Origin: an uncultured Bacilli bacterium
GTDB lineage: Bacteria > Bacillota_I > Bacilli_A > RF39 > UBA660
NCBI GenBank assembly: GCA_947595045.1
Contig: CANQEN010000002.1
Coordinates: forward strand, 1-47,596
Length of the DNA: 47,596 bases
Direction: 5' to 3'
Positions 33,301 through 42,460 of the stretch are shown here, in pieces (the first letter of the stretch is position 1; every line of letters begins with the position of its first letter). A program made the translations under genes and the position numbers. The notes under the pieces are model-generated. The model saw only the letters and a program-made list of their open reading frames with translations. It was not told where the DNA came from and made no database searches.

Positions 33301-34077
33301 ATGGCACGTCATAAAGTAGAAATTTGTGGCGTGAATACTGCGAATATTAAAGTATTAACTAATGAGGAGATGATTACTTTATTTAAAAAGATGCAAGCAG
33401 GTGACTTGCAAGCAAAAGAAGAATTAATAAATGGCAATTTAAAATTAGTATTATCAATTCTTCGTAAATATAATAACAGAACTGATAATATGGATGATTT
33501 ATTCCAGGTAGGTTGTATTGGACTTATTAAAGCAATAGATAATTTTGATTTAGGTCATGGAGTTAAATTTTCAACATATGCTGTACCTATGATTGTGGGA
33601 GAAGTAAAAAGATACATTAGAGATAATAATAGTGTTAGAATTGCAAGAGGAATAAAAGATACAGCCTATCGGATTATTCGATTACGTGAAGAATTGACTA
33701 ATAAAAATGGTATAGAGCCTAGTGTTCAAACAATATGTCAACAGTTAAATATAGATGAATATGATTATGCGTTAGCACTAGATTCTCAAAAAGATAGTAT
33801 TAGTATGTTTGAACCTATTTATAGTGATGGAGGAGATGTAATCTACCTGTCTGATCAATTAGAAGATAAAACGGACACCTTATACAGTTTAGAATATAAA
33901 ATTAGTTTATATGATGCTTTAGATAAATTAAAAGAGAAAGAAAAATATATTATAAATTCTAGATATTTATATGGAAAAACGCAAATGGAATTGAGTGAAG
34001 AATTAGGGATTAGTCAAGCCCAAATTTCCCGATTAGAAAAAAGTGGTTTAGATAATATTAGAAAAATGATTAATTAG
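33301..34077 (+). CDS. sigG: Sporulation sigma factor SigG
   Basis: MARHKVEICGVNT..., DLFQVGCIGLIKAIDNFDLGHGVKFSTYAVPMIVGEVKRYIRDNNSVRIARGIKD, FEPIYSDGGDVIYLSDQ, GKTQMELSEELGISQAQISRLEK. The match to B. subtilis SigG is close along the whole length, and closer than to SigF. Confidence 0.9.
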   Translation: MARHKVEICGVNTANIKVLTNEEMITLFKKMQAGDLQAKEELINGNLKLVLSILRKYNNRTDNMDDLFQVGCIGLIKAIDNFDLGHGVKFSTYAVPMIVGEVKRYIRDNNSVRIARGIKDTAYRIIRLREELTNKNGIEPSVQTICQQLNIDEYDYALALDSQKDSISMFEPIYSDGGDVIYLSDQLEDKTDTLYSLEYKISLYDALDKLKEKEKYIINSRYLYGKTQMELSEELGISQAQISRLEKSGLDNIRKMIN

Positions 34078-34122
34078 TCATTTTTTTTCTTAATATGACA
34101 TAAATTAACATGAGGAGGCAGT

Positions 34123-34347
34123 ATGAAGTTATCTGAATTACAGGAAAAAGTAGTTGTTAATATTGATGATGGTCAAAAGATTGGAAATATTATAGATGTT
34201 CATATAAATAAAGATGGTCAAACAATAGGATTAATGGTTGAAAGAACACGTTTTTTGTTATCCTTGTTTACTAATAATGTTATTGAGGTAAAATGGGGAC
34301 AAATAAAAAAAATAGGTAAAGATGTTATTTTAGTGCATTTAGATTAA
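34123..34347 (+). CDS. ylmC: YlmC/YmxH-family sporulation protein (PRC-barrel)
   Basis: 74 aa. LSELQEKVVVNIDDGQKIGNIIDV...WGQIKKIGKDVILV. Confidence 0.85.
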   Translation: MKLSELQEKVVVNIDDGQKIGNIIDVHINKDGQTIGLMVERTRFLLSLFTNNVIEVKWGQIKKIGKDVILVHLD

Positions 34348-34349
34348 TA

Positions 34350-34372
34350 AAACCTCATACTAGATGAAGTTT
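34350..34372. terminator. Possible bidirectional terminator between convergent ylmC and rnhC
   Basis: AAACCTCAT-ACTAG-ATGAAGTTT with one mismatch. Confidence 0.4.
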
Positions 34373-35312
34373 ATTGATTTAAAATTTTGTTAGTATTTTT
34401 AAAATTATATTTGGCTATATCAAGTAATATATCTTTTCCATATTTATTTACTAATTTTTTTCCTACTTCATCGACAATAGGACCTGATCCTTTAGGTAGG
34501 AAACAATCTACTTTTTCACTTAATTTATCAAATTCTTTAATAAAGATGAAACGACTAATTAAAGAAGCACAAGCTACTGATAAGCATTTATCTTCAGCTT
34601 TAGTTAAGAAAGTAATGTTACGATATACATTAGATGTTTCTTTTAAGTAGTTAAAATAGGAGTAAGGTTTAGCAAATTGATCTACTACAACATAATCAGT
34701 TGAATATCCTTTATCATTTAATGAACATAAAACTTTATTATGTAAAATAGCCTTTAATTTATTCATATTCATATTGTCATTATAACGTTCATTATATTCT
34801 TTATTAGATAAAATAATACTTTGATAGGGAATTTTCTTTATAATTTTAGGGACTATTTCCATTATTTTATCGTCAGTTAATTTTTTAGAGTCTTTTACAC
34901 CAATCTCCTCTAACCAAGCTATATTATTTTTACTAACATAAGCACTAGTAACAACAATAGGGCCAAAATAATCACCTGTACCTACTTCATCAGAACCAAT
35001 ACTATTGGCATAATATATTTTTTTGTCGATAACACTATTTTTAGTTAGTTCTTTTTTTTTATTATCGCTATTTTTAACATTAACTGCTTTATTGGGATTC
35101 AAGGCCTTTTCACGTTCTATCCATAAATTAGCTGATATATCAGCACTTATCCCCTGAAATACGGCTTTACCTGATTCATATACTGTTACAACGCAGTCAG
35201 CATCATCAGCTTGAAATACAGCATATGGTGGTGTTTTTTCTCTCTTAGATTCTTCAAAAAAAGTTTCCATTTCTTTTTTAGTATTATCACTAATATTTAC
35301 CGTTATTGTCAT
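34371..35312 (-). CDS. rnhC: Ribonuclease HIII
   Basis: 313 aa. N-terminal TBP-like domain (PPYAVFQADDADCVVTVYESGKAVFQG), then an RNase H fold (GSDEVGTGDYFGP, VKDSKKL, VVDQF). Confidence 0.85.
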   Translation of the reverse strand: MTITVNISDNTKKEMETFFEESKREKTPPYAVFQADDADCVVTVYESGKAVFQGISADISANLWIEREKALNPNKAVNVKNSDNKKKELTKNSVIDKKIYYANSIGSDEVGTGDYFGPIVVTSAYVSKNNIAWLEEIGVKDSKKLTDDKIMEIVPKIIKKIPYQSIILSNKEYNERYNDNMNMNKLKAILHNKVLCSLNDKGYSTDYVVVDQFAKPYSYFNYLKETSNVYRNITFLTKAEDKCLSVACASLISRFIFIKEFDKLSEKVDCFLPKGSGPIVDEVGKKLVNKYGKDILLDIAKYNFKNTNKILNQ

Positions 35313-35393
35313 AATATCACATCCTGTTATTATTTTATCATATAACTTTCTTTTTTTACTAGAAAAATGATATAATAAAAAAGAGGTGTAGTT

Positions 35394-36059
35394 ATGAATA
35401 TTATGAGTATCATTATTATAGGCGTGATTTTATTCGGGGCAATGGTTGGAGCAAGCCGTGGCTTTACTAAACAATTAGTAACTTTTGTAGGTTGGATTAT
35501 TATCATTATTTTATCATTCTTATTAAAAGATATTTTAGCTAATATATTATTATCCGTATGTCATTTCTTCAATTTTTCTGGTTTATCAGCTCTCAATATT
35601 TTACTATATGAAGGAATATCATTTTTAGTTTTAGTAGCTCTTTTTTCTATTATATTAGGTATATTAATGCGTATTAGTACTATGTTTGAAAAATTATTGA
35701 AGATGACTATTATTTTAGGAATACCATCAAAAATATTAGGGGCAATAGTAGGCGCTATTGAATATACATGTATAATATTTGTAATATTATATGTTATTAG
35801 TTCACCGTTATTTTCTTTTAAAATAGTTCAAAATTCTAAACTAGCTAATACTATATTAGGCAAAACACCTGTTTTATCTAATATAAGTCATAAAACAGTA
35901 GAAGTATTTACTGAAATTAAAGATTTAAAAGAGCAATATGATAAAAAGGAAGATAAGCTAAAATTGAATAATGAGATAATTGATGTTATGGTTACTAATA
36001 ATATTATTACTAGTGAAAAAGTTGATGAATTAGTAAATAATCATAAGATAGTTAGGTAA
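35394..36059 (+). CDS. cvpA: CvpA-family membrane protein
   Basis: IIGVILFGAMVGASRGFTKQLVTFVGWIIIIILSFLL, four TMs. rnhC-cvpA synteny as in Bacillus. Confidence 0.7.
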   Translation: MNIMSIIIIGVILFGAMVGASRGFTKQLVTFVGWIIIIILSFLLKDILANILLSVCHFFNFSGLSALNILLYEGISFLVLVALFSIILGILMRISTMFEKLLKMTIILGIPSKILGAIVGAIEYTCIIFVILYVISSPLFSFKIVQNSKLANTILGKTPVLSNISHKTVEVFTEIKDLKEQYDKKEDKLKLNNEIIDVMVTNNIITSEKVDELVNNHKIVR

Positions 36060-36064
36060 GAGTT

Positions 36065-36784
36065 ATGCAACGTTATTTTTCATCTAAATTAGAAAATAAT
36101 TATCTAAAATTAAATAATGATGATTTATATCATATTCAAACAGTAATGCGTATGAAAGTAAATGATTTAATTGAAGTAGTTTATAATAATGAGGTATATG
36201 AGTGTAAATTGTCCTTGGTTAATTCTAGATATATGGCTGAAATTGTATCAAAATTAGATATAAAGAAATCAAATATACCGAATGTTAATTTAATTATTCC
36301 TTTTTTAAAAGAACAGAAAATGGATTATATTTTACAAAAAGCTACTGAATTAGGAGCTAGTATGATTACCTTTGTCTCTTTTGAAAGGTCAATGATTAAA
36401 TTATCACCAGATAAACTAAGTAACAGGAAAGAAAGATGGATTCGTATATGTAAAGAGGCTAGTGAACAGTCTAAACGTGTTACTATTCCTAATATAATAG
36501 TACTTAATTCTTTAAATGAATTATCTAATATACAAGGTGTAAAGTTAGTGTGTAGTACTAACGAAAAACAAAATTATTTGCAAAAATTTTTGAAAAAGCA
36601 TAACACATGTGGTACAATTAATTTAGTGATAGGTCCCGAGGGAGGAATAACTGATAAAGAAGAAATTTTACTAGAGAAAATGGGCTTTTGTAAGATTACT
36701 TTAGGGAATTTTATATTAAGAGTTGAAACAGTTCCTTTATATTTAATGAGTGTTATTCAATATGAATATGGGACATATATATAA
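36065..36784 (+). CDS. rsmE: 16S rRNA (uracil1498-N3)-methyltransferase
   Basis: MQRYF..., PUA-like N-terminus, KMDYILQKATELGAS, VIGPEGGITDKE, LRVETVPL. Confidence 0.85.
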   Translation: MQRYFSSKLENNYLKLNNDDLYHIQTVMRMKVNDLIEVVYNNEVYECKLSLVNSRYMAEIVSKLDIKKSNIPNVNLIIPFLKEQKMDYILQKATELGASMITFVSFERSMIKLSPDKLSNRKERWIRICKEASEQSKRVTIPNIIVLNSLNELSNIQGVKLVCSTNEKQNYLQKFLKKHNTCGTINLVIGPEGGITDKEEILLEKMGFCKITLGNFILRVETVPLYLMSVIQYEYGTYI

Positions 36785-36802
36785 AACATTGGAGTGGTGC
36801 AT

Positions 36803-37666
36803 ATGATGAATATTTTAGATATAATAACGGGAAATATTTTCCTTTTTATAATAGTTATAGTTTCTTTAATAACTTTGCTAATTGTTTTAATATATTTTAT
36901 TAAGAAAACAAGTATTCAAATACCTATATATGAAGAAGATTTAGATAAAGATGAACTTGCTAATATTAGAGATGATAAAATTGACGTTTATGAAGAAGAT
37001 TTAGAAAATATAACTGATGAAGAATTGATAGAGAGAGTTAAACAAGAAAATTTGATAGATGAACAAGAAGTTATAGCTAATTCTTCAATTAGTGATATTG
37101 AATCGATATTATCGCATATGCATGAAGATCAAGAGACTAAACCAGAAGAAGTAGTAGCTAAGTTTGAACAAGAACAAGAAGAAAACTCTATTATTAGTTA
37201 TCAGGAATTAGTCGAAATGGTCAAAAATAATCAGAATACAATATATGATGATGAAGTTGCTGAATTACCCACTACTAGTTCAGTTATGAGTAATTATAAT
37301 ATTATTGAAGAAAAAGAAGAAGCATCTAAAACTAGTAAATCAGAAGATTTATTAGCTATGATAAAACAAGTAGTTAATAATTCTAAATTAGATAAAGTTG
37401 AAAATATTGAAGAAAATGTAATAGATAATAGTGATAATAATATTAAAACTAGTAGTAAATTTAAACCTGATGATTTTATTTCCCCTGTATTTGGTAGAAT
37501 GTCATCTAATATTCAATATACTACTATTCCTAAAATAGATAATAGTTCTAATAAATATAATCTAGAGTTAGGAGAACGTACTTTAGACTTAGAAAAATTA
37601 GATTTAGAAATAAAACGTAATGAAGAATTTTTACAGGCTTTAAAAGATTTTAGAAATAGCTTATAA
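36803..37666 (+). CDS. Hypothetical membrane-anchored acidic protein inserted between rsmE and mtaB
   Basis: N-terminal TM (FLFIIVIVSLITLLIVLIYFI), long acidic region, then the DFISPVFGRM motif and a C-terminal amphipathic helix. It shares the ISP(I/V)(Y/F)G motif with the ORF at 8355-9221. Confidence 0.45.
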   Translation: MMNILDIITGNIFLFIIVIVSLITLLIVLIYFIKKTSIQIPIYEEDLDKDELANIRDDKIDVYEEDLENITDEELIERVKQENLIDEQEVIANSSISDIESILSHMHEDQETKPEEVVAKFEQEQEENSIISYQELVEMVKNNQNTIYDDEVAELPTTSSVMSNYNIIEEKEEASKTSKSEDLLAMIKQVVNNSKLDKVENIEENVIDNSDNNIKTSSKFKPDDFISPVFGRMSSNIQYTTIPKIDNSSNKYNLELGERTLDLEKLDLEIKRNEEFLQALKDFRNSL

Positions 37667-37698
37667 TATATATAAGTTATTTTTTTGTAGGAGGTTTT

Positions 37699-38973
37699 AT
37701 GAAGTTTTGGATATATACATTGGGATGCAAAGTTAATACCTATGAGTCTAATGTTATACGGGATCAATTATTAAATAAAGGTTATAAAGAGGATATAGAT
37801 GCTGATATATATATTATTAATACATGTACAGTTACTAATACTAGCGATAGTAAATCATTAAAGATGATTAGACAAGTAAAAAGAAAAAATAAAGATGCTA
37901 TTATAGTTGTTTGTGGGTGTATGGCTCAAGTTAATTTAGATAAACTAGATAAGGAAGATATAGCTATTATTTTAGGAAACAAATATAAAAGTAACATAGT
38001 TGACTTGATTGAAGAATACTTAAAAACTAAAAAACCAATAGTAAAAATAGATAATATTATGACAACTAATTTTGAACCAATGATACTTAATAATTTTAAT
38101 AGAACAAGAGCTTTTGTTAAAATAGAAGATGGATGTGAAAACTATTGTACTTATTGCATTATACCTTATGCTAGAGGAAAAGTAAGAAGTAAAGATCCAA
38201 ATATGGTAATATCAGAAATAACTAAATTAGTTTGTGATGGACATAAAGAAATAGTATTAACAGGGATACATACAGGTCATTATGGAGCTGATTTAGATAA
38301 TTATAGTTTTGCTAAATTATTATCGAATATAATTACTATTAAAGGATTAGAAAGATTACGGATATCATCAATAGAAATTACTGAATTAGATAATGATGTT
38401 TTACAAGTATTAGCTAATTCTAATATAATTGTAAATCACTTACATATACCATTACAAAGTGGTTCAGATACAATATTAAAATTGATGAATCGTAAATATG
38501 ATAAAGCTTATTTTATAAATAAAATTAAAGAAATTAGACAAATTAGACCAGATATATCTATTACTACTGATGTTATAGTTGGTTTCCCAGGTGAGACTGA
38601 TACACTATTTAAAGAGACAATAGATACTATAAAAAAAATTAATTTTTCTAAAATCCATGTTTTTCCTTTTTCTTTAAGAAAAGGGACTAAAGCAGAAGAA
38701 TTACCTGACCATATAGATGATAAAACTAAAAAAGAAAGAGTAAAAGTTTTATTAAACATAAGTAAAGAATTAGAATTAAAATATATGAATAAATTTTTGC
38801 ATAAACAAGTAACTTTTATTCCAGAAAAATATCAGGATGGTTATTTAATAGGTCACACTGGTAATTATTTATTAGTTAAAGCTTTAGGTGATAGTAATAA
38901 CTTACATCAAACTATTACTACGGTTATAACTAATATTGATTATCCATATTGTATAGGAAATAATATTAAATAA
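37699..38973 (+). CDS. mtaB: tRNA t6A37 methylthiotransferase MtaB (radical SAM MTTase)
   Basis: UPF0004 N-domain (TLGCKVNTYES), radical SAM CENYCTYC, TRAM-like C-terminus. The rsmE-mtaB (yqeU-yqeV) context favours MtaB over MiaB or RimO. Confidence 0.8.
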   Translation: MKFWIYTLGCKVNTYESNVIRDQLLNKGYKEDIDADIYIINTCTVTNTSDSKSLKMIRQVKRKNKDAIIVVCGCMAQVNLDKLDKEDIAIILGNKYKSNIVDLIEEYLKTKKPIVKIDNIMTTNFEPMILNNFNRTRAFVKIEDGCENYCTYCIIPYARGKVRSKDPNMVISEITKLVCDGHKEIVLTGIHTGHYGADLDNYSFAKLLSNIITIKGLERLRISSIEITELDNDVLQVLANSNIIVNHLHIPLQSGSDTILKLMNRKYDKAYFINKIKEIRQIRPDISITTDVIVGFPGETDTLFKETIDTIKKINFSKIHVFPFSLRKGTKAEELPDHIDDKTKKERVKVLLNISKELELKYMNKFLHKQVTFIPEKYQDGYLIGHTGNYLLVKALGDSNNLHQTITTVITNIDYPYCIGNNIK

Positions 38974-39031
38974 TAATTGAACATATATTTTACCTATGAT
39001 ATAATAATTATGATAATACTGGGAGGTCTAT

Positions 39032-40258
39032 ATGAAAAAAAAAGGATTTACTTTAATTGAATTATTAGGTGTAATAGTTATATTAGGAATAATAGCTACT
39101 TTTATCTTACCAAGTGTGTTAGATGTTTTTACTAAAAGTGAATCTGATATAACTGAAGCTGAAAAGAAGATGGTAATAGCAGGTGCTAAAGAATATATTA
39201 CTGATAATAGCGATGATTATCCAAGTAATAATGGTAGAACATATTGCTTAACTGTAGCTGAATTAGTTGATATGGGATATGTTCAAGTATCTAGGGATAA
39301 TTTATTAAATAATTATGTTAACGTCAGTTATAATGGTGATAAGTTTACATACGAAGTTAGTGATAAATGTAAAGGACCAGTATATTTAATTAATCAAGTA
39401 AAATCGCTAGTAAATACTTCAAATGAAAATTGGATATTTAAAGATGATTATGGCAATATAAGATATAGAGGAGCAAATCCAAATAACTATGTAACATTTA
39501 ATGATGAGACATGGCGTATTATTGGTATAGTTGATGGATACGTAAAAGTAATAAGAAATGAATCAATAGGAAACTTAGCATGGGGGCACGGTGGTGGTTG
39601 GAAAAATTCTTGGTTAATTAGACTATTAAATCCGATTGAAGACATTGATGAGTATGATAATAGCGATGATATTACGTATAAGAATAGTTTATATTGGAAT
39701 AGTGAAAAGGGTATATGTCGTGGTAATGAACAAAATGATATTGGTTTTAAGCAAATAGATTGTGATTTTGTTAATAATGGTTTGTTTAATGTTATTAATA
39801 TGATTCAAAAGATGAAATGGTATTTTGGTAAATCAAATATGTATATGACATCGAAACAAACTTACGAGAGTGAAAGAGGAATAGATGTATTTGGTGATTA
39901 TACAGATATTGAAAACGAATGGCAAGGCCATGTAGGATTAATGTCTCCGAGTGATTATGGGTATGCATCATCATCTAGTTGTTCATCTAATAATAAATTT
40001 GTTGATTATCATGAAACAGGGTGTGCTAATATCGACTGGTTGTATATAGGTTTTGAAGGATTACAGCAATGGTTAATAACATCTCATGATAATGGCTATG
40101 TGGATTTTATTGGACCATTTGGTATAATGGCAGAAAATAGATTTGCATCTATTTCAGAAATTGTACGTCCAGTTGTCCATCTAAAGAAAAGTGTAATTAT
40201 ATCTAATCCAGATACAGCAGATGGCTCAAAAGACCATCCTTATGAGATATCGTTATAA
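39032..40258 (+). CDS. Prepilin-type (type IV pilin-like) protein with a large C-terminal WRII...RP...PY module
   Basis: MKKKG|FTLIELLGVIVILGIIA is a canonical class III signal with Glu+5. The C-terminal module (ETWRIIGIVDG...VRPVVHLK...HPYEISL) is paralogous to 4740-6329. Confidence 0.7.
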   Translation: MKKKGFTLIELLGVIVILGIIATFILPSVLDVFTKSESDITEAEKKMVIAGAKEYITDNSDDYPSNNGRTYCLTVAELVDMGYVQVSRDNLLNNYVNVSYNGDKFTYEVSDKCKGPVYLINQVKSLVNTSNENWIFKDDYGNIRYRGANPNNYVTFNDETWRIIGIVDGYVKVIRNESIGNLAWGHGGGWKNSWLIRLLNPIEDIDEYDNSDDITYKNSLYWNSEKGICRGNEQNDIGFKQIDCDFVNNGLFNVINMIQKMKWYFGKSNMYMTSKQTYESERGIDVFGDYTDIENEWQGHVGLMSPSDYGYASSSSCSSNNKFVDYHETGCANIDWLYIGFEGLQQWLITSHDNGYVDFIGPFGIMAENRFASISEIVRPVVHLKKSVIISNPDTADGSKDHPYEISL

Positions 40259-40267
40259 AAGTAAATA

Positions 40268-40306
40268 AAGGAACAAAGGAATATTTGTATTAATTTGTTC
40301 CTTTTA
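40268..40306 (+). terminator. Rho-independent terminator
   Basis: 10-bp stem AAGGAACAAA (40268-40277) / TTTGTTCCTT (40294-40303), followed by TT. Confidence 0.7.
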
Positions 40307-40336
40307 GAATAAGTAGTAAAAGAATAGAGGGATATT

Positions 40337-41428
40337 ATGAATAATGATATAGTTATACCATATATAGATTATAAAATGGATATTATAGAAAAATATACTG
40401 ATATTTTATTAAAATATTCATTAAAGAAGAATGTATCTCTGAATAAGACAATTAAATTGATATTAGATGAGTATTATTCCTTATATTTATCAAAAAGTAA
40501 TTATGATATTCCTAATGAATTTAATATTAGTAGTGAAGATGAATTATATAATATTATGAGTGCTATTATTAAGTGCTATGATAAACATAATATTAAATAT
40601 AATAGTTATAATATGCGAAATAAGATGCTTTTTTTAGCTAAATTAATTAATATGGCTATTATTTTAGAGAAAGAGACTAGATTACCTAGTGATGATATTG
40701 ATTATAAAGGTATAATTAATAGAATAATTAATAATCCATTAATTATAAAAAATAGTAGGATAGAGCTTAGTAGTGAATTAGATAATATTATAAAAAAAGA
40801 TATCAATACAGAAAAAAAATTTTGGAAATTAATAGATCAAGATAGTTTTGTTTTATCATTAAAAAAAATTAACCAAAAACAGTTTTTAGTTAATGGCAAT
40901 TATCAATTAAAAATACTTAGTCGTTATGCAAATAAAGATATAAATGTAATAGCTAAGCAAAAAGATATTAGTGATACATTAATATCAATATATTTAGAAC
41001 AAATACAAATAATAATATTAAAAAGTATTTTATTAGGGTTTGATTATACTTTTTATTTATCAATTACTAATGAATATTTAAGTAAGAAAAAAAATATAAC
41101 TAATTTAGAGAATATTATTAGTCATGATGAGATAAAAAAACATTTGGTTTTAGTATTATCATTTAAAGATTTTAAAATTACAGAAGATATTATTAGAATG
41201 CAAGATATGGGATTTAGGTTAGCTTTAAATAATTTAGATGATGTAATATTAAATGATATAGAATTACTTGGTAATATAAAAATATTAATAGCATCTAAAA
41301 GTTTTTTAAGCAATAATCGATTATATTTAGATAAATGGCGTAAAAAGAAAGTTAGATTTATTGATCCTAGTAAAGAATTTATTGAGGTAGACATAGAAGA
41401 GATATTGAAAGGAATTAGAAATGAATGA
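40337..41428 (+). CDS. Hypothetical protein (first gene of an overlapping pair)
   Basis: 363 aa. SD AGAGGGA. No confident domain. The C-terminal stretch MGFRLALNNLDD...IKILIASKSFL loosely recalls the EAL-domain core strands but lacks the catalytic residues. Confidence 0.45.
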   Translation: MNNDIVIPYIDYKMDIIEKYTDILLKYSLKKNVSLNKTIKLILDEYYSLYLSKSNYDIPNEFNISSEDELYNIMSAIIKCYDKHNIKYNSYNMRNKMLFLAKLINMAIILEKETRLPSDDIDYKGIINRIINNPLIIKNSRIELSSELDNIIKKDINTEKKFWKLIDQDSFVLSLKKINQKQFLVNGNYQLKILSRYANKDINVIAKQKDISDTLISIYLEQIQIIILKSILLGFDYTFYLSITNEYLSKKKNITNLENIISHDEIKKHLVLVLSFKDFKITEDIIRMQDMGFRLALNNLDDVILNDIELLGNIKILIASKSFLSNNRLYLDKWRKKKVRFIDPSKEFIEVDIEEILKGIRNE

Positions 41429-42404
41429 AGAATTTTTAAAAGTATTATTAGGTATTGATCAAAATTTAATGGATAAGTTTTTAACTAATACAGAAGATAA
41501 TTTACAAATATTATTAGATGAAGAACAATTATTCGTTGATTATACTTGGCTAGATTATATTGAAGAGTGTATACCTTTTTTAGATAGTATTATTAGGAGT
41601 CCTAAAGTGATTAATGAACAACAAGAACTATTTTATATGGAAAAAGTTAAGGAGACACGTAATTTATACGAAAATCGTTTTATTAAGACATTAGTATCTA
41701 AGTTATATGAGTTTTTACAACTACAAATTATAAATATGCCAAATGAAATAAAAATGGATCAAAATATTAAAATTAAATATGATAGCAATAGTATAATAGA
41801 TAATCAAGCTATACAGTTTAAATTAACTATTGATAAGCAAAAATTAGATAGTTATGACACATTAATTAAAACAAAGACAGATATTGAAGAACGGATAAAA
41901 AGAGTATATATGATAGTTAGTGGGTTTTATTTAAGTCCCTTTATGCAATCATTAGAAAGAGCTAAGTTAATTAATGGTGATATTGAAAAAACTGAGGTTA
42001 TGACTACAGAAATTAATTATAAAAAAATGTATGAGTTATGGCAATATTTATACAATTATCCCAAGAATAGTAAAGAAGAGAAAGTTTTTTATCAACATAA
42101 AAAGAAACAAGTATTAGAAAGACAATTAGCTATTACTACTTATTTAGTTAATGAAATGGCTAATAATTATCAAGTTATAGATAAAGATAGTGATTTTTGG
42201 AAGAATTATATTAATAAAGTTATTGAGTATATTGTTTATGAAAGTAATATGGATGAGAAGACTTTTAAAAGAATTGTTAATAATCGATTTAATGAGGTTA
42301 AAGAGAAAAAAAATAATCGAGATAAAAATATTATAAATGGATTTAATAAGGTATTTGATAGTTATAATAAGCAGATGAAAGATGCTATTAGATTGTTAAA
42401 GTAA
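41421..42404 (+). CDS. Hypothetical helical protein (second gene of an overlapping pair)
   Basis: 327 aa. The ATG overlaps the upstream stop region by 8 nt. No recognisable motif. Confidence 0.45.
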   Translation: MNEEFLKVLLGIDQNLMDKFLTNTEDNLQILLDEEQLFVDYTWLDYIEECIPFLDSIIRSPKVINEQQELFYMEKVKETRNLYENRFIKTLVSKLYEFLQLQIINMPNEIKMDQNIKIKYDSNSIIDNQAIQFKLTIDKQKLDSYDTLIKTKTDIEERIKRVYMIVSGFYLSPFMQSLERAKLINGDIEKTEVMTTEINYKKMYELWQYLYNYPKNSKEEKVFYQHKKKQVLERQLAITTYLVNEMANNYQVIDKDSDFWKNYINKVIEYIVYESNMDEKTFKRIVNNRFNEVKEKKNNRDKNIINGFNKVFDSYNKQMKDAIRLLK

Positions 42405-42412
42405 AATTAGTT

Positions 42413-42441
42413 TTGACTAATTTTTTTTTGTTTGTTACAAT
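42413..42441 (+). promoter_or_regulatory. sigA promoter of priA
   Basis: TTGACT (42413-42418), 17-nt spacer, TACAAT (42436-42441). The ORF-track TTG start is the -35 hexamer. Confidence 0.65.
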
Positions 42442-42460
42442 AACTTTAGGATGTGATATA

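Noticed and set aside
34387-34650. 87-aa plus-strand ORF
   Set aside because: It is antisense to the rnhC C-terminal region.
37513-37767. 84-aa minus-strand ORF
   Set aside because: It is antisense to the end of 36803-37666 and the start of mtaB, and has no translation signals.
38508-38759. 83-aa minus-strand ORF
   Set aside because: It is antisense to the mtaB radical-SAM/TRAM region.
41122-41394. 90-aa minus-strand ORF
   Set aside because: It is antisense to 40337-41428. The sense ORF is long and has an SD, whereas this one does not.
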